From positions 18,763 through 82,762 of the forward strand of contig JAAYDE010000073.1 in NCBI GenBank assembly GCA_012729375.1: a DNA stretch of 64,000 nt. Reading direction: 5' to 3'. The stretch comes from Deltaproteobacteria bacterium. Lineage in GTDB: Bacteria > Desulfobacterota > Desulfuromonadia > Desulfuromonadales > JAAYDE01. The notes beneath the pieces are model-generated. The model worked only from the letters and a program-made list of their open reading frames with translations. It ran no database searches and was not told where the DNA came from. Within the stretch, counting starts at the first letter, position 1. Every line of letters starts with the position of its first letter. This document shows positions 52,943-62,642 of this stretch, one piece after another. The position numbers and the translations under genes are program-made.

Positions 52943-53984
52943 AAAAAGTCCTTTCAATTATCGCCATGTTTGGCTTTCCCTGGTGGTTTCCGTCCTGTTG
53001 CTGACTATCGGCTGGCTCGGCGCGGAAAGCATCAGCGGCCGGATGCTGTCCCGGCAGTTGCTGTGGCCCCTGGTTCGGCTGATGGCCGTCATCGCCTGCG
53101 GCCTGGCCGTCGGGGAGTTGATCGAAGCCTCGGGGTGGAGCCGCCGCCTCGGTCTTCTAGCGCGCCCCGCTTTCCGCTTCGCCAATCTCGGCGATCGCTG
53201 TGGCGCGGCCTTCAGCGCCGCCTTTTTCTCCGGAACGGCGGCCAACACGATGCTCGCCGAATTCCACAGGGATGGAAAAATCACCACCCGCCAGCTTTTC
53301 CTGGCCAATCTCCTCAACCATTTCCCGGCCTATTTTCTGCACCTGCCCACCACCTTTTTCATCGTCCTGCCCCTTACCGGTAAAGCCGGCGCCCTTTATT
53401 TCCTGCTGACCTTTTCGGCCCTGCTGCTGCGTTGCGCCGGCTTTCTGCTTTACGGCCACTGCTTTGCAGCCGAAAACACCACCGCAGGCATCGATCCGGT
53501 GACGGAACCGACCAAGGAAAGAAAATTTTCTCTTACCCCTTTTATTTCCGCCATGGCGGACAAACTTCCTTATCGGCTCGCCGCCATCGCCGTCTATGTC
53601 ATCCCCGTCTACATCCTCGTCTTCATCCTCAACGCCCTGGGTCTGTTCTCTTTGCTGCAGGAAAAGATGGCCCATCTGGTGTCGAACAGCTTCATTCCCC
53701 TGGAATCCCTCTCCCTGGTGATCCTCGGCTTCACCGCCGAATTCACCTCCGGATTCGCCGCCGCCGGCGCCTTGCTCGACGCCGGCGCCATTACCCTCAA
53801 ACAGACAGTTCTGGCCCTGCTGATCGGCAACATCATCGCTTTTCCGCTGCGGGCCATCCGCCACCAGCTGCCCCGCTACGTGGGCATCTTTTCCCCGCGC
53901 CGGGGGCTGGAACTGCTGCTGCTGGGACAGGGCCTCCGAGTCCTCAGCCTGATGGCCGTCGGCACTCTCTATTACCTGCTTTGA
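52932..53984 (+). CDS. Nucleoside-recognition (Gate) domain membrane protein
   Basis: 350 aa polytopic protein with two Gate-like halves (GAAFSAAFFSGTAANTML; FTAEFTSGFAAAGALL). Overlaps the binding-protein gene by 11 nt. Confidence 0.6.
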   Translation: MPPKKSPFNYRHVWLSLVVSVLLLTIGWLGAESISGRMLSRQLLWPLVRLMAVIACGLAVGELIEASGWSRRLGLLARPAFRFANLGDRCGAAFSAAFFSGTAANTMLAEFHRDGKITTRQLFLANLLNHFPAYFLHLPTTFFIVLPLTGKAGALYFLLTFSALLLRCAGFLLYGHCFAAENTTAGIDPVTEPTKERKFSLTPFISAMADKLPYRLAAIAVYVIPVYILVFILNALGLFSLLQEKMAHLVSNSFIPLESLSLVILGFTAEFTSGFAAAGALLDAGAITLKQTVLALLIGNIIAFPLRAIRHQLPRYVGIFSPRRGLELLLLGQGLRVLSLMAVGTLYYLL

Positions 53985-54211
53985 GACATCCCATGAAGGG
54001 ATTTCGCCGTTTTCTTTCCACCGCGGCCCGCTTTCCCCGGGATTTTTTTGCGGAGGCTTTTCTGTACCGCCTTCGGCAACCGTGATATCCTTTTCATCCG
54101 GCTTTCAGCCGGAAAAAATCATCTTGCCAGCCAACAACGTCCGGAATTCAGCATTTACCTCTTTATGCAGGGGTTGAAAACGGACCCACCCCCAACCAAC
54201 GGAGACCCACC

Positions 54212-54493
54212 ATGATCAAAGCAGCCGCCCGCCATATCCTGGTCAAAACCGAGCAGGAGTGCAACGATCTGAAGCAGAAGATTGAAAACGGCGCCGATTT
54301 CGGCGCAATGGCCAAGCAGTTCTCGAAATGCCCCTCGGGAAGACGGGGGGGCGACCTCGGGGAATTTACCCAGGGGCAGATGGTGCAGGAATTCGACCAG
54401 GTAGTCTTCAAAGAAGCAGTGGGAAAGGTTCACGGCCCGGTGAAAACTCAGTTCGGCTACCACCTCATTGAGATCACCCGGCGCGGAGAATAA
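54212..54493 (+). CDS. ppiC: Parvulin-type peptidyl-prolyl isomerase PpiC
   Basis: [15 protein letters not shown]...[13 protein letters not shown]...[13 protein letters not shown]. Confidence 0.88.
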   Translation: MIKAAARHILVKTEQECNDLKQKIENGADFGAMAKQFSKCPSGRRGGDLGEFTQGQMVQEFDQVVFKEAVGKVHGPVKTQFGYHLIEITRRGE

Positions 54494-54523
54494 AAAAGCT
54501 CCCTTATGGGGAGCCTTAAAGAC

Positions 54524-54556
54524 AAAAAGCCCCGTGGAAATCCGCGGGGCTTTTTG
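54524..54556. terminator. Bidirectional rho-independent terminator (ppiC / cspA)
   Basis: AAAAAGCCCCG...CGGGGCTTTTT hairpin flanked by A and T tracts. Confidence 0.8.
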
Positions 54557-54574
54557 GTTTTTAAAAGTATTTTT

Positions 54575-54775
54575 TTAAATTTTGTTCACGTTGGTCGACT
54601 GCGGTCCCTTTTGTCCCTGGACCACATCAAACCGGACGCGATCGCCCTCCGCAAGTGATTTGAAACCTTCCCCCTGAATGGCGGAAAAATGAACGAACAC
54701 ATCAGGTCCATTATCCTGTTTGATGAAACCATAACCTTTTGCGTCGTTAAACCACTTTACTGTCCCTTCTGCCAT
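54575..54775 (-). CDS. cspA: Cold-shock protein, CspA family
   Basis: [15 protein letters not shown] (RNP1) and DVFVHFSAI (RNP2). Confidence 0.93.
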   Translation of the reverse strand: MAEGTVKWFNDAKGYGFIKQDNGPDVFVHFSAIQGEGFKSLAEGDRVRFDVVQGQKGPQSTNVNKI

Positions 54776-55031
54776 ACTTTTTTCTCCTTTTTTCCCCTGC
54801 GGGGGCTTTGTCGGTCGCGCCCGTTTCAGCCAATCGCCAAAAAGAAAACCACACGGATCACCGGGGTCCGTGCGGCTTATTTTTCAACTGATATGTTTTT
54901 TTGACACCGTGTCATACACCTGAAACTTGCGCAATCTTCCTAATTCAGGACGGAAGATATCATGGGATATGGAGGAAAACAACTTCTTTCTTTCCTTTTT
55001 TTAACTCCCGTGAAAATTTTCTGTCCGTTGC

Positions 55032-55826
55032 TCAGCGGTAGATCAACTGGTGGGCGCCGGTGAAATAGGCCCGCCGCCCCTGGATGAGAATCAACAGGGA
55101 GGTGACGGCGACACTGCCGGTGATGGCGCACATGATGGCGATCTGGTATTTAACGGCGATCATCGGTTCGGTGCCGGAAAGAATCTGCCCCGTCATCATG
55201 CCGGGAAGGAAGACGATCCCCATGGCCGCCATGGAGTTGATGGAAGGGATCAGTGCCGCCCGGAAGGCACTGCGCACCAGGTCGAAGGCCGCCGTGCGGG
55301 AGGAAGCGCCGAGACACAGAGCCGTCTCGATCTCGTCCCTGCGTTCCTTCATCTCCGAGGCGAGGCGTTCCGCCGCCAGACTGGCGCCGGTCATCGAATT
55401 GCCGATGATCATGCCGGTCAGCGGAATCAGATAGCGGGGATCATACCAGGGTTCCAGGCCGACGACGATGTGGCAGAAAAAGAAGGTCATCACTCCGCAG
55501 CCGATGAAAATGGATGAAGTGACGATGGTATAGAAGCGCGGCATCCGCGTCTGGACCCGTGAGGCTACCGTCTGGATGGCGAAAACCCCCATCACGACAA
55601 GAATCAGCAAAACCGGCCAAGGGCTTTTCAGGGCGAATATCAGATGCAGGAGATAGCCCGCCGCCAGCAGTTGCACGCCCATGCGCAGGGCGGCGACCAG
55701 CAGAGCGCGCTCCTGACCTATCTGTTGCCAGCGGCTCAAGCCGACCAGAAAGAGCACGACCCCATAGACCACGGCGAGATCGCTGTACCCCAGATCGATG
55801 ATCGCTTTCTCTTCCAGCATGGTCAC
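55032..55826 (-). CDS. fetB: UPF0014/FetB-type ABC transporter permease (putative iron export)
   Basis: 264 aa polytopic protein with IPLTGMIIGNSMTG and GMMTGQILSG, the YbbM/FetB signatures. Confidence 0.75.
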   Translation of the reverse strand: MTMLEEKAIIDLGYSDLAVVYGVVLFLVGLSRWQQIGQERALLVAALRMGVQLLAAGYLLHLIFALKSPWPVLLILVVMGVFAIQTVASRVQTRMPRFYTIVTSSIFIGCGVMTFFFCHIVVGLEPWYDPRYLIPLTGMIIGNSMTGASLAAERLASEMKERRDEIETALCLGASSRTAAFDLVRSAFRAALIPSINSMAAMGIVFLPGMMTGQILSGTEPMIAVKYQIAIMCAITGSVAVTSLLILIQGRRAYFTGAHQLIYR

Positions 55827-56584
55827 TCTCCTTCGGCGGGGATCTCCGCCAGAAACCGGGTCAGTTGCGGGCTCTTGGGTTTGCGGAAAAAATCCGCCGC
55901 CGCCCCCTCTTCCAATATCCTGCCGTCCTCCAGATAAAGCCCTTTGTCGGCGGCCCTCTCCATCAGGGGGAGATCATGGCTGACCATGAAGATGGTCATC
56001 CCCTCCTCCCGGCACAGGCTCCGGAAGTTGGCGACCAGCTTTTCGGCGGTGGGACGATCGAGGGCGCTGGTGCCTTCGTCGAGGATAAGGATCTCCGGCG
56101 CGCAGAGGAGGCCGCGGGCGAGGTGGACGCGCTGCTGCTGTCCGGCGGAAAGGGAGCGGGCATCCTCGGCGATCAGGCTGGCCGGCAGGCAGCAGAGATC
56201 AATGACCCGGCGGATACGAGAATCGTCCTTGGCCGGCGGCTTGTCGCCGCCGATGACGAAGGGGCGTTGCAGGTTTTCCAGCACCGTTCCGGAAAACATG
56301 AAGGCTTTTTGCTGGATGAGCATCACCCGGCGGCGCAGATCAAGGGGGTTCCCTTCGCGAATATCGCGCCCATGAAACAGGATGCGTCCGGCGCTCGGCT
56401 CTTCGAGGCGGTTGAAAAGCCGGATCAGGGTGGTTTTGCCGCCCCCCGAGGGACCGATCAGCGCCCACATTTCCCCTTTGCCGAGGCTGAGATCGACCCC
56501 CTTGAGAATCTCTTTGGTCGTCCCCTTTTCAGCGTCGGTCCGGCTCTTGAAAACCCCTTCGGCGCTCAGCACCTCCGTCATCAT
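55823..56584 (-). CDS. fetA: FetA/YbbL-type ABC transporter ATP-binding protein
   Basis: GPSGGGKTT, LSAGQQQRV and LILDEGTSALD. ATGA overlaps on both sides. The track ORF start 56773 was rejected. Confidence 0.8.
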   Translation of the reverse strand: MMTEVLSAEGVFKSRTDAEKGTTKEILKGVDLSLGKGEMWALIGPSGGGKTTLIRLFNRLEEPSAGRILFHGRDIREGNPLDLRRRVMLIQQKAFMFSGTVLENLQRPFVIGGDKPPAKDDSRIRRVIDLCCLPASLIAEDARSLSAGQQQRVHLARGLLCAPEILILDEGTSALDRPTAEKLVANFRSLCREEGMTIFMVSHDLPLMERAADKGLYLEDGRILEEGAAADFFRKPKSPQLTRFLAEIPAEGE

Positions 56585-57318
56585 CGGATCTCCTCCCGCA
56601 AGCGGGCCATGACCTTCTTCATATCCTCCCAGACTTCCCTTTTGCCGTTGGGATTGCGCAGCAGATAGGCGGGGTGGTAGGTGGGCATCAGCGGAATCCC
56701 CTCGTACTCCCGCCAATGTCCGCGCAGACGGCCGATGGGGGTGCGGTCGCGGAGCAGGGTCTGGGCGGAACAACGCCCCAGGGCGACCAGGAGCAGCGGG
56801 CGGATGGCCGCCAACTGGCGTTTCAGGAACGGCTCACAGGCGGCCACCTCTTCCGGCAGCGGATCACGGTTGCCGGGGGGCCGGCATTTGCCGACGTTAC
56901 AGATGTAGACCTCTTCCCGGCTCAAGCCCATGGCGAAAAGAATCCGGTCGAGGAGCTGCCCGGCCTCGCCGACAAAAGGAAACCCCTGGAGATCCTCCTC
57001 CCGCCCCGGCGCTTCACCGACAAAAACCAGACGGGCATGGGGATTGCCGGCGCCGAAAACGATCTTCTGCCGTTTCTCCGCCAGCGGGCAGCGCCGGCAT
57101 TCCCCCAGGTCGGCGCGGATCTCGTCGAGGGTTTCCGCCCCTGTCGCGGCAGACGGAAACGACCCCACCTGCGGCGCTGCGATGGGTGCCTCTTCTTTCT
57201 GAAAAGAGGCCGTCGCCGGCGGCAGAATTTCCTCCATGCCCATTTCCCGAAGCTCCTCCAGAAGATTACGGGTTCCCCGCAGGACTCCGCCCAGTTCTTG
57301 TCGCAACGAAGCAGTCAT
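56581..57318 (-). CDS. udg: Uracil-DNA glycosylase, family 4
   Basis: CRRCPLAEKR, VFVGEAPGREED, GFPFVGEAG, NVGKCRPPGNR and HPAYLLR. Confidence 0.88.
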   Translation of the reverse strand: MTASLRQELGGVLRGTRNLLEELREMGMEEILPPATASFQKEEAPIAAPQVGSFPSAATGAETLDEIRADLGECRRCPLAEKRQKIVFGAGNPHARLVFVGEAPGREEDLQGFPFVGEAGQLLDRILFAMGLSREEVYICNVGKCRPPGNRDPLPEEVAACEPFLKRQLAAIRPLLLVALGRCSAQTLLRDRTPIGRLRGHWREYEGIPLMPTYHPAYLLRNPNGKREVWEDMKKVMARLREEIR

Positions 57319-57591
57319 TCCGCACCTTTTTTGTGGAAAATATTCCCGGAAAGTATGGCACAAACCCCGGCCGGATGGAACCGCCTTCAGGAGCCATCAT
57401 CGCGCTCCACGGATCCGGTTTCCCCTTTTCCGGGGATCTTCTTTCAATAGGTGCGCTCGGGAGCATCCCCCCGCAGCGGCCCAGAGTCTCCGGTAAACGA
57501 CGAAAAACCTGCTATTATTGTGAGGAAACATTCTAACCCATTATTTTAACTAATCATTAACAATTTCTTCCGATTTGGCAGGCGTACCCCT

Positions 57592-59634
57592 ATGCTCGAA
57601 AAATCCTCCATCCTCCCCCGCCTGGATTTAATCCTGATCATTTTTGGTCTCATTTTGACCCTTGCTCTGAGTTGGCTTTCCTGGCGTTCGCTTGATCGTC
57701 TGGTTGCAGGTGTCGTTGCCATCAGCGGGGCAAAAACCGCCGGAACGGATATCCACGATGCCGCCGCCGGCCAGGCCCAAACAGGGGTGGAAAGGAGATC
57801 GAGGGATTTTTACGCTGGCACTGACCCACTCCCATGGGCGGACCACGCGCCAGGGGACGGGAATGGAATCTTCCCTAATCGGCTCCGCCATCTCCAAAAG
57901 GAAGTCATGCAAGGCTGGCTGTTCCATGCCGGCACCCTGTTTCTGGGATTTGTCTCCTGCGGCTTGCTGGCGGTCCGGATACGGCGGGCAAAAATAGTCG
58001 GGACCACCGCTTCTCCGGAGCTCTTCTGTGTGGCAAGTCAAGCCTCGGGACAGGTCGGGAAAGGAGAAAGACCGCTACCCTATTTCCCCGCTCCCGTGAC
58101 CGAAAACCAGTCGTGGGAGCCCAGCCATAAACTGCTCCAGCTGATTCTCGACAACATTCCCCAGTACGTCTTCTGGAAGGATCGTCATTCCATCTATCAG
58201 GGTTGCAATCGCAACTTCGCCCTGGCCGCAGGGGTCGGCGAACCGGAAAACATCGTCGGCAAAAACGATCATGACCTGGCCTGGGCCAACGAAGAATCCG
58301 ACTGGTATCGCAAATGCGACCGGGAGGTGATGGACAGCGGCATCGCCCTTTACCATATCGCGGAAAGCCAACTGCGGGCCGACGGCAAAAAAACCTGGAT
58401 CGACACCAACAAGATTCCCCTTCACGACGCCGCCGGGAAAGTGATCGGCATCCTCGGCACCTACGAGGACATCACGGAACGGAAACTGGTCGAGGAAAAC
58501 CTGGCCAAGGCTTTAAAGGACGCGGAACAGGCCCGGGAAAAGATCGACGCCATTCTCAAGTCGATGACCGACGGGCTGCTTGCCGTCGATACCGAGGGAC
58601 GAATCCAGCTGATGAACCGGGTGGCGGAAAAGATCGCCGGCATCGCCCCCGACTCGGGTCTGGCCAGGCCTCTGGAAAAGGTCATCGCGGAAAAAGGCCT
58701 GGTGGAGCAGATAGGGCGCACCCTGAAAGGGAAAGGACGCGGCAAGCCCCTGGAATGGAAGGTGTACGACCCGTCCAGCGGCAAGAACAAAACCTTGCTG
58801 GCCCTCACCAGCAAGGTCAAAAACCACCGCGGCGAGGTTACCGGCACCTTGACCCTCCTGCGGGACGTCACCCGCGAAAGGGAAGTCGACCGCATGAAAA
58901 ACGAATTCATCGCCACTGCCGCCCACGAACTGCGCACCCCCCTGACCACCCTCATGGGATTCTCCGAAATCCTCATGAAACCGGAGGAATTCGGCATCGG
59001 CGGGGAGGAGCAGAAACGCCAGTTCGTGGCCGCCATTCACGAAAGCGCGCGCCGCCTGAACCTGATCGTCTCCGATCTCCTCGATCTGAGCCGCGTCCAG
59101 TCGGGACGGATGATCAGCCTTCATCGCGTTCCCTGGGACATCACGGCGCTGTTGCGGGAACAGGTCCGGAAATACCGCAGCGAGAAAAAACTCCACACCT
59201 TTACCTGCGCTTTTCCGGAGCAGGCGGTGCCGTTGCTCATCGATCCGGCCAAGCTGGAACAGGTGGCGGATAACCTGATAAGCAATGCGGTCAAATTCTC
59301 CGCTGCGGGGACAACCGTGCATGTCAGCGGTGAAATCATCGGCGACACCTTCCAGGTCACCGTTACCGATCAGGGCATGGGCATGACAGCCGAACAGGTG
59401 GAAAGGGCTTTTGACAAATTCTACCGGGTTGACACCTCGGATACCGCTCCCGAAGGATTGGGGCTGGGCATGGCCATCGCCAAGAATATCATTGAAGCCC
59501 ATGGCGGCAGAATCTGGCTGGAAAGCGAGGTATGTGCGGGCACCAGGGCCTGTTTCAGCCTTAAACTGCCACAGTCGTCGCCGACAACGGACGGGGACAA
59601 AAACCTCCCGGACAAGAAGGGTGATCTGTTATAG
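57592..59634 (+). CDS. Membrane-bound PAS-domain sensor histidine kinase
   Basis: N-terminal TM segments and two PAS-like regions. HisKA box [16 protein letters not shown]. HATPase N/G boxes ([24 protein letters not shown]). Confidence 0.88.
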   Translation: MLEKSSILPRLDLILIIFGLILTLALSWLSWRSLDRLVAGVVAISGAKTAGTDIHDAAAGQAQTGVERRSRDFYAGTDPLPWADHAPGDGNGIFPNRLRHLQKEVMQGWLFHAGTLFLGFVSCGLLAVRIRRAKIVGTTASPELFCVASQASGQVGKGERPLPYFPAPVTENQSWEPSHKLLQLILDNIPQYVFWKDRHSIYQGCNRNFALAAGVGEPENIVGKNDHDLAWANEESDWYRKCDREVMDSGIALYHIAESQLRADGKKTWIDTNKIPLHDAAGKVIGILGTYEDITERKLVEENLAKALKDAEQAREKIDAILKSMTDGLLAVDTEGRIQLMNRVAEKIAGIAPDSGLARPLEKVIAEKGLVEQIGRTLKGKGRGKPLEWKVYDPSSGKNKTLLALTSKVKNHRGEVTGTLTLLRDVTREREVDRMKNEFIATAAHELRTPLTTLMGFSEILMKPEEFGIGGEEQKRQFVAAIHESARRLNLIVSDLLDLSRVQSGRMISLHRVPWDITALLREQVRKYRSEKKLHTFTCAFPEQAVPLLIDPAKLEQVADNLISNAVKFSAAGTTVHVSGEIIGDTFQVTVTDQGMGMTAEQVERAFDKFYRVDTSDTAPEGLGLGMAIAKNIIEAHGGRIWLESEVCAGTRACFSLKLPQSSPTTDGDKNLPDKKGDLL

Positions 59635-59641
59635 TAAAACG

Positions 59642-60556
59642 ATGTCCGTCTTCCCTGTAGCGATTGCCTTTCTCCTTCTGCTGCTGACCCCCGGCGACCT
59701 GTGGGCCTGGGGAATGGGCGTCCACCTCCAGGTAGGGTCGGAAATCCTCGCCAGTCTGGGGGTGCTCCCGCCCCTGGCGGCGGATGTGATCGGCCGTTTC
59801 TCCTTTGACTTTCTCTACGGCTGCATCAGCGCCGACATCACCATCGGCAAGAAATTCACCCATCATCTCCATCACTGCCATTCCTGGCGGGTCGGCCAAA
59901 AGATTCTCGATGCCGCCGACAGCGAGCCCCGCATGGCCTGCGCCCTGGGCTACCTGGCACACCTGGGAGCGGATACCATCGGTCACTCCTTTTTCGTTCC
60001 CTACAAAATGGTCCGCTCCTACAACACCCCCTTGCTCCGCCATACCTATTGGGAAATGAGGCTGGAAGCGATGGTCGACCCGACGGTGTGGAAGGTGGCC
60101 CAGGAGATCTCGCGGCGGGATTTCCGCGAAAACGACGCCATGATGCAGAGGGTGATCGCCGAGACCATTTTTTCGTTCAAAACCAACAAACAGATATTCA
60201 ACTCCCTGCTCCTGTTGAGCCGCCTGCGCCAGTGGCGGCGGGTGCTTCTCTCCCATTCCTATGTCAGCAAATGGACCATCAGCGAAGAAGATGCCCTGGA
60301 ATATCTCAGCCTGGCCAGGGAAGCCGCCCTCGACGTCCTCGTCCGCAAGGAGGAAAGTCCCTATTGGAAGGCCGATCCGACGGGAGAACGGGCGCTCCAG
60401 GCAGCCAAAATGATCCGCCGCAACCTCAACTCCCTGTGGCTGGACGGCAAACTGCCGCCCCGCGAGGCTCTGGAAATCATTCGCGAGCTGAAGGGGAAAT
60501 TCCGCGACGGGATCACCCAGCCCGACAAGCTCCTGGAACTGCTCTCGGCCGAGTGA
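59642..60556 (+). CDS. Zinc-dependent phospholipase C-like family protein with signal peptide
   Basis: Signal peptide, then WAWGMGVHLQVG, with His-rich motifs HHLHHCHSW and YLAHLGADTIGH. Confidence 0.6.
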   Translation: MSVFPVAIAFLLLLLTPGDLWAWGMGVHLQVGSEILASLGVLPPLAADVIGRFSFDFLYGCISADITIGKKFTHHLHHCHSWRVGQKILDAADSEPRMACALGYLAHLGADTIGHSFFVPYKMVRSYNTPLLRHTYWEMRLEAMVDPTVWKVAQEISRRDFRENDAMMQRVIAETIFSFKTNKQIFNSLLLLSRLRQWRRVLLSHSYVSKWTISEEDALEYLSLAREAALDVLVRKEESPYWKADPTGERALQAAKMIRRNLNSLWLDGKLPPREALEIIRELKGKFRDGITQPDKLLELLSAE

Positions 60557-60558
60557 GG

Positions 60559-60661
60559 CTGGTGACTGGTGACTGGTGACTGGTGACTGGTGACTGGTGA
60601 CTGGTGACTGGTGACTGGTGACTGGTGACTGGTGACTGGTGACTGGTGACTGGTGACTGGT
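60559..60661. repeat. Perfect heptanucleotide tandem repeat (CTGGTGA) x14 plus a 5-nt partial copy
   Basis: Counted directly: units begin at 60559 and every 7 nt through 60650, and a partial CTGGT follows at 60657. Starts 2 nt after the TGA of the PLC-like gene and lies 120 nt from the coaBC stop. Confidence 0.97.
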
Positions 60662-60780
60662 AAGTATAATTCAATGGCGGAAACGGGCATAACAAAAAAC
60701 AGTGATTTGTTCCCTTTCTATCGGGCTTTCATGCGCTGCGCCATGACCCTGCGCCGGGTTGCGAAGGGTGAGTGCCCTTG

Positions 60781-62004
60781 TCAGCGTCTGCGTTCGGCCG
60801 CGACCCGGTCGAGGATGCGCTCGGCCACCTGTTCTTTGGGCAGGCAGGGAAGGGTTTCGCAGTCGCCGTCGGCGGACAGCAGGGTGACGATGTTGGTGTC
60901 GGCGCCGAAACCGGCTTCGGGCCTGGTGATGTCATTGGCAACCACGAGGTCGAGGTTCTTGGCGGCCAGTTTGCGGCGGGCGTTTTCCAGAAGATTTTCC
61001 GATTCGGCGGCAAAGCCGATAACCAGCCGTCCCCCTTTGTTCCGTCCTATCTCGGCCAGGATGTCCAGGGTCTTCTCCAAACGCAGGGTGAGCCCCTCCG
61101 TCTCTTCCTTTTTCAGCTTGCGGGAAAAAGGCTCCGCCACCCGGAAATCGGCCACCGCCGCCGCCATGATGACCACAGAAACTTCGGCAAGACGGCCGAG
61201 TACGGCCTGACGCATCTCCTCGGCGCTGACCACGGGAACGAACTCCACTCCGGCCGGCGCCGGCAGACTGGTCGGCCCCGCCACCAGGATCGTCCGCGCC
61301 CCCCGCAGCCGAGCGATCCGGGCCAGGGCAAAGCCCATTTTCCCCGAAGAGAAATTGCCGATGAAGCGCGCCGGATCGATCTTTTCCACCGTCGGCCCGG
61401 CGCTGACCAGCACCGTCTCCCCGAGCAAATCACGGTCATGGAGCAGGCCCTCGATCTCAGCGAAAATCCGCTGGGGATCGGGGAACTTCCCCTGCCCTTC
61501 GGTGCCGCAGGCCAGGGCTCCGGTATCCGGCTCCAGAATGCGGCGCCCCAAGCCGGCCAGCTTGCGCAGATTCTCCTGGAGAATCGGATTCTCCCACATA
61601 TTGACATTCATCGCCGGAACGAACAGAACCGGCGCCCTGGTCGCCATCAGGGTGGTGGAGAGGAGATCGTCGGCGATGCCGCAGGCCGCTTTGCCGATCA
61701 GGTTGGCGGTGGCCGGAGCGATGACGAAGAGGTCGGCCCTTTCGGCCAGGGAGATGTGGCCGATATCCTGCTCACGGATGAGATCGAAAAGATCGCTGTG
61801 CACCGGCCGCCGGGAGAGGGTCTGGAAGGTCAGCGGGGTCACGAACCGGCGGGCGTTTTCGGTCATCACCACAAAGACCTCGGCCCCCGCTTTGGTCAGC
61901 AGGCGAAGCAGTTCCACCGCCTTGTAGACGGCAATGCCGCCGCACACGCCGAGAACGATCTTTTTCCCATCCAGACTACCGGCATTCTCCTTAAGGCAGT
62001 TCAT
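60781..62004 (-). CDS. coaBC: Bifunctional phosphopantothenoylcysteine decarboxylase / phosphopantothenate--cysteine ligase
   Basis: KIVLGVCGGIAVYK, PAMNVNMW, VSAGPTVEKIDPARFIGNFSSGKMG. Confidence 0.92.
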   Translation of the reverse strand: MNCLKENAGSLDGKKIVLGVCGGIAVYKAVELLRLLTKAGAEVFVVMTENARRFVTPLTFQTLSRRPVHSDLFDLIREQDIGHISLAERADLFVIAPATANLIGKAACGIADDLLSTTLMATRAPVLFVPAMNVNMWENPILQENLRKLAGLGRRILEPDTGALACGTEGQGKFPDPQRIFAEIEGLLHDRDLLGETVLVSAGPTVEKIDPARFIGNFSSGKMGFALARIARLRGARTILVAGPTSLPAPAGVEFVPVVSAEEMRQAVLGRLAEVSVVIMAAAVADFRVAEPFSRKLKKEETEGLTLRLEKTLDILAEIGRNKGGRLVIGFAAESENLLENARRKLAAKNLDLVVANDITRPEAGFGADTNIVTLLSADGDCETLPCLPKEQVAERILDRVAAERRR

Positions 62005-62639
62005 AACGGGCCTCCCGCCTTGGCCAGAAAGGGGTTGTGGGCTTTTTCCCGGCCGATGGTGGTGCCGGGTCCGTGCCCTGGATGGACAATGGTCTCATCG
62101 GGAAGGGTCAGCAGGCGTTCGCGGATGGAGGCCATGAGAACGGCGAAATCACCGCCGGGAAGATCGGTCCGGCCCACCGAGCCGGCAAAAAGGGTGTCGC
62201 CGGAAAAGAGGTGCCCCGCGACCAGAAAGGATACACCGCCGGGGGAATGGCCCGGTGTATGGATGACGCTGATTGGCAGGTCGCCGATGGCAAGGATCGC
62301 GCCATCCTCCAGAAACCGGGAGGGAGGCGGGGAGGCTTCCAGACGGCAGCCGAACATGGCCCCCTGAGAGCACATCGCCTCCAGCAGCTTGCAGTCGTTC
62401 CGGTGAATCAGCAGGTCGGCGCCGCTTTTCCTGATCAGTCCGGCGTTGCCGCCGACATGGTCGAAATGGCCGTGGGTGTTGGCCACGGCCCGCAATTGGA
62501 GCTTTTCCGCCGTCAGCAGATGCCAGATTTCTTCCTCGTCGCCGCCGGGGTCGATGACCAGCGCCGCACGGCTCCGGGGGCACGCCACCAGGTAGCAGTT
62601 GACATCCAGAGGGCCGACGGCCAATGCGTGGAGAATCAT
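62001..62639 (-). CDS. MBL-fold metallohydrolase (glyoxalase II-like)
   Basis: VANTHGHFDHVGG and HTPGHSPGG. ATGA overlap with coaBC. Confidence 0.85.
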   Translation of the reverse strand: MILHALAVGPLDVNCYLVACPRSRAALVIDPGGDEEEIWHLLTAEKLQLRAVANTHGHFDHVGGNAGLIRKSGADLLIHRNDCKLLEAMCSQGAMFGCRLEASPPPSRFLEDGAILAIGDLPISVIHTPGHSPGGVSFLVAGHLFSGDTLFAGSVGRTDLPGGDFAVLMASIRERLLTLPDETIVHPGHGPGTTIGREKAHNPFLAKAGGPL

Positions 62640-62642
62640 CGT

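Noticed and set aside
53993-54085. 30-codon ORF (MKGFRRFLSTAARF...) after the gate-domain gene.
   Set aside because: It has no RBS and a basic low-complexity peptide. It is probably a chance ORF in the 3' untranslated region.
60559-60661. CRISPR array.
   Set aside because: The units are 7 bp and contiguous with no spacers, and there are no cas genes. It is a microsatellite, not a CRISPR array.
60361-60690. 109-aa and 60-aa minus-strand ORFs encoding (SPVTSHQ)n repeats.
   Set aside because: They are simply translations of the 7-bp tandem repeat, which has no stop codon on that strand. The ORFs run antisense into the 3' end of the PLC-like gene and have no RBS.
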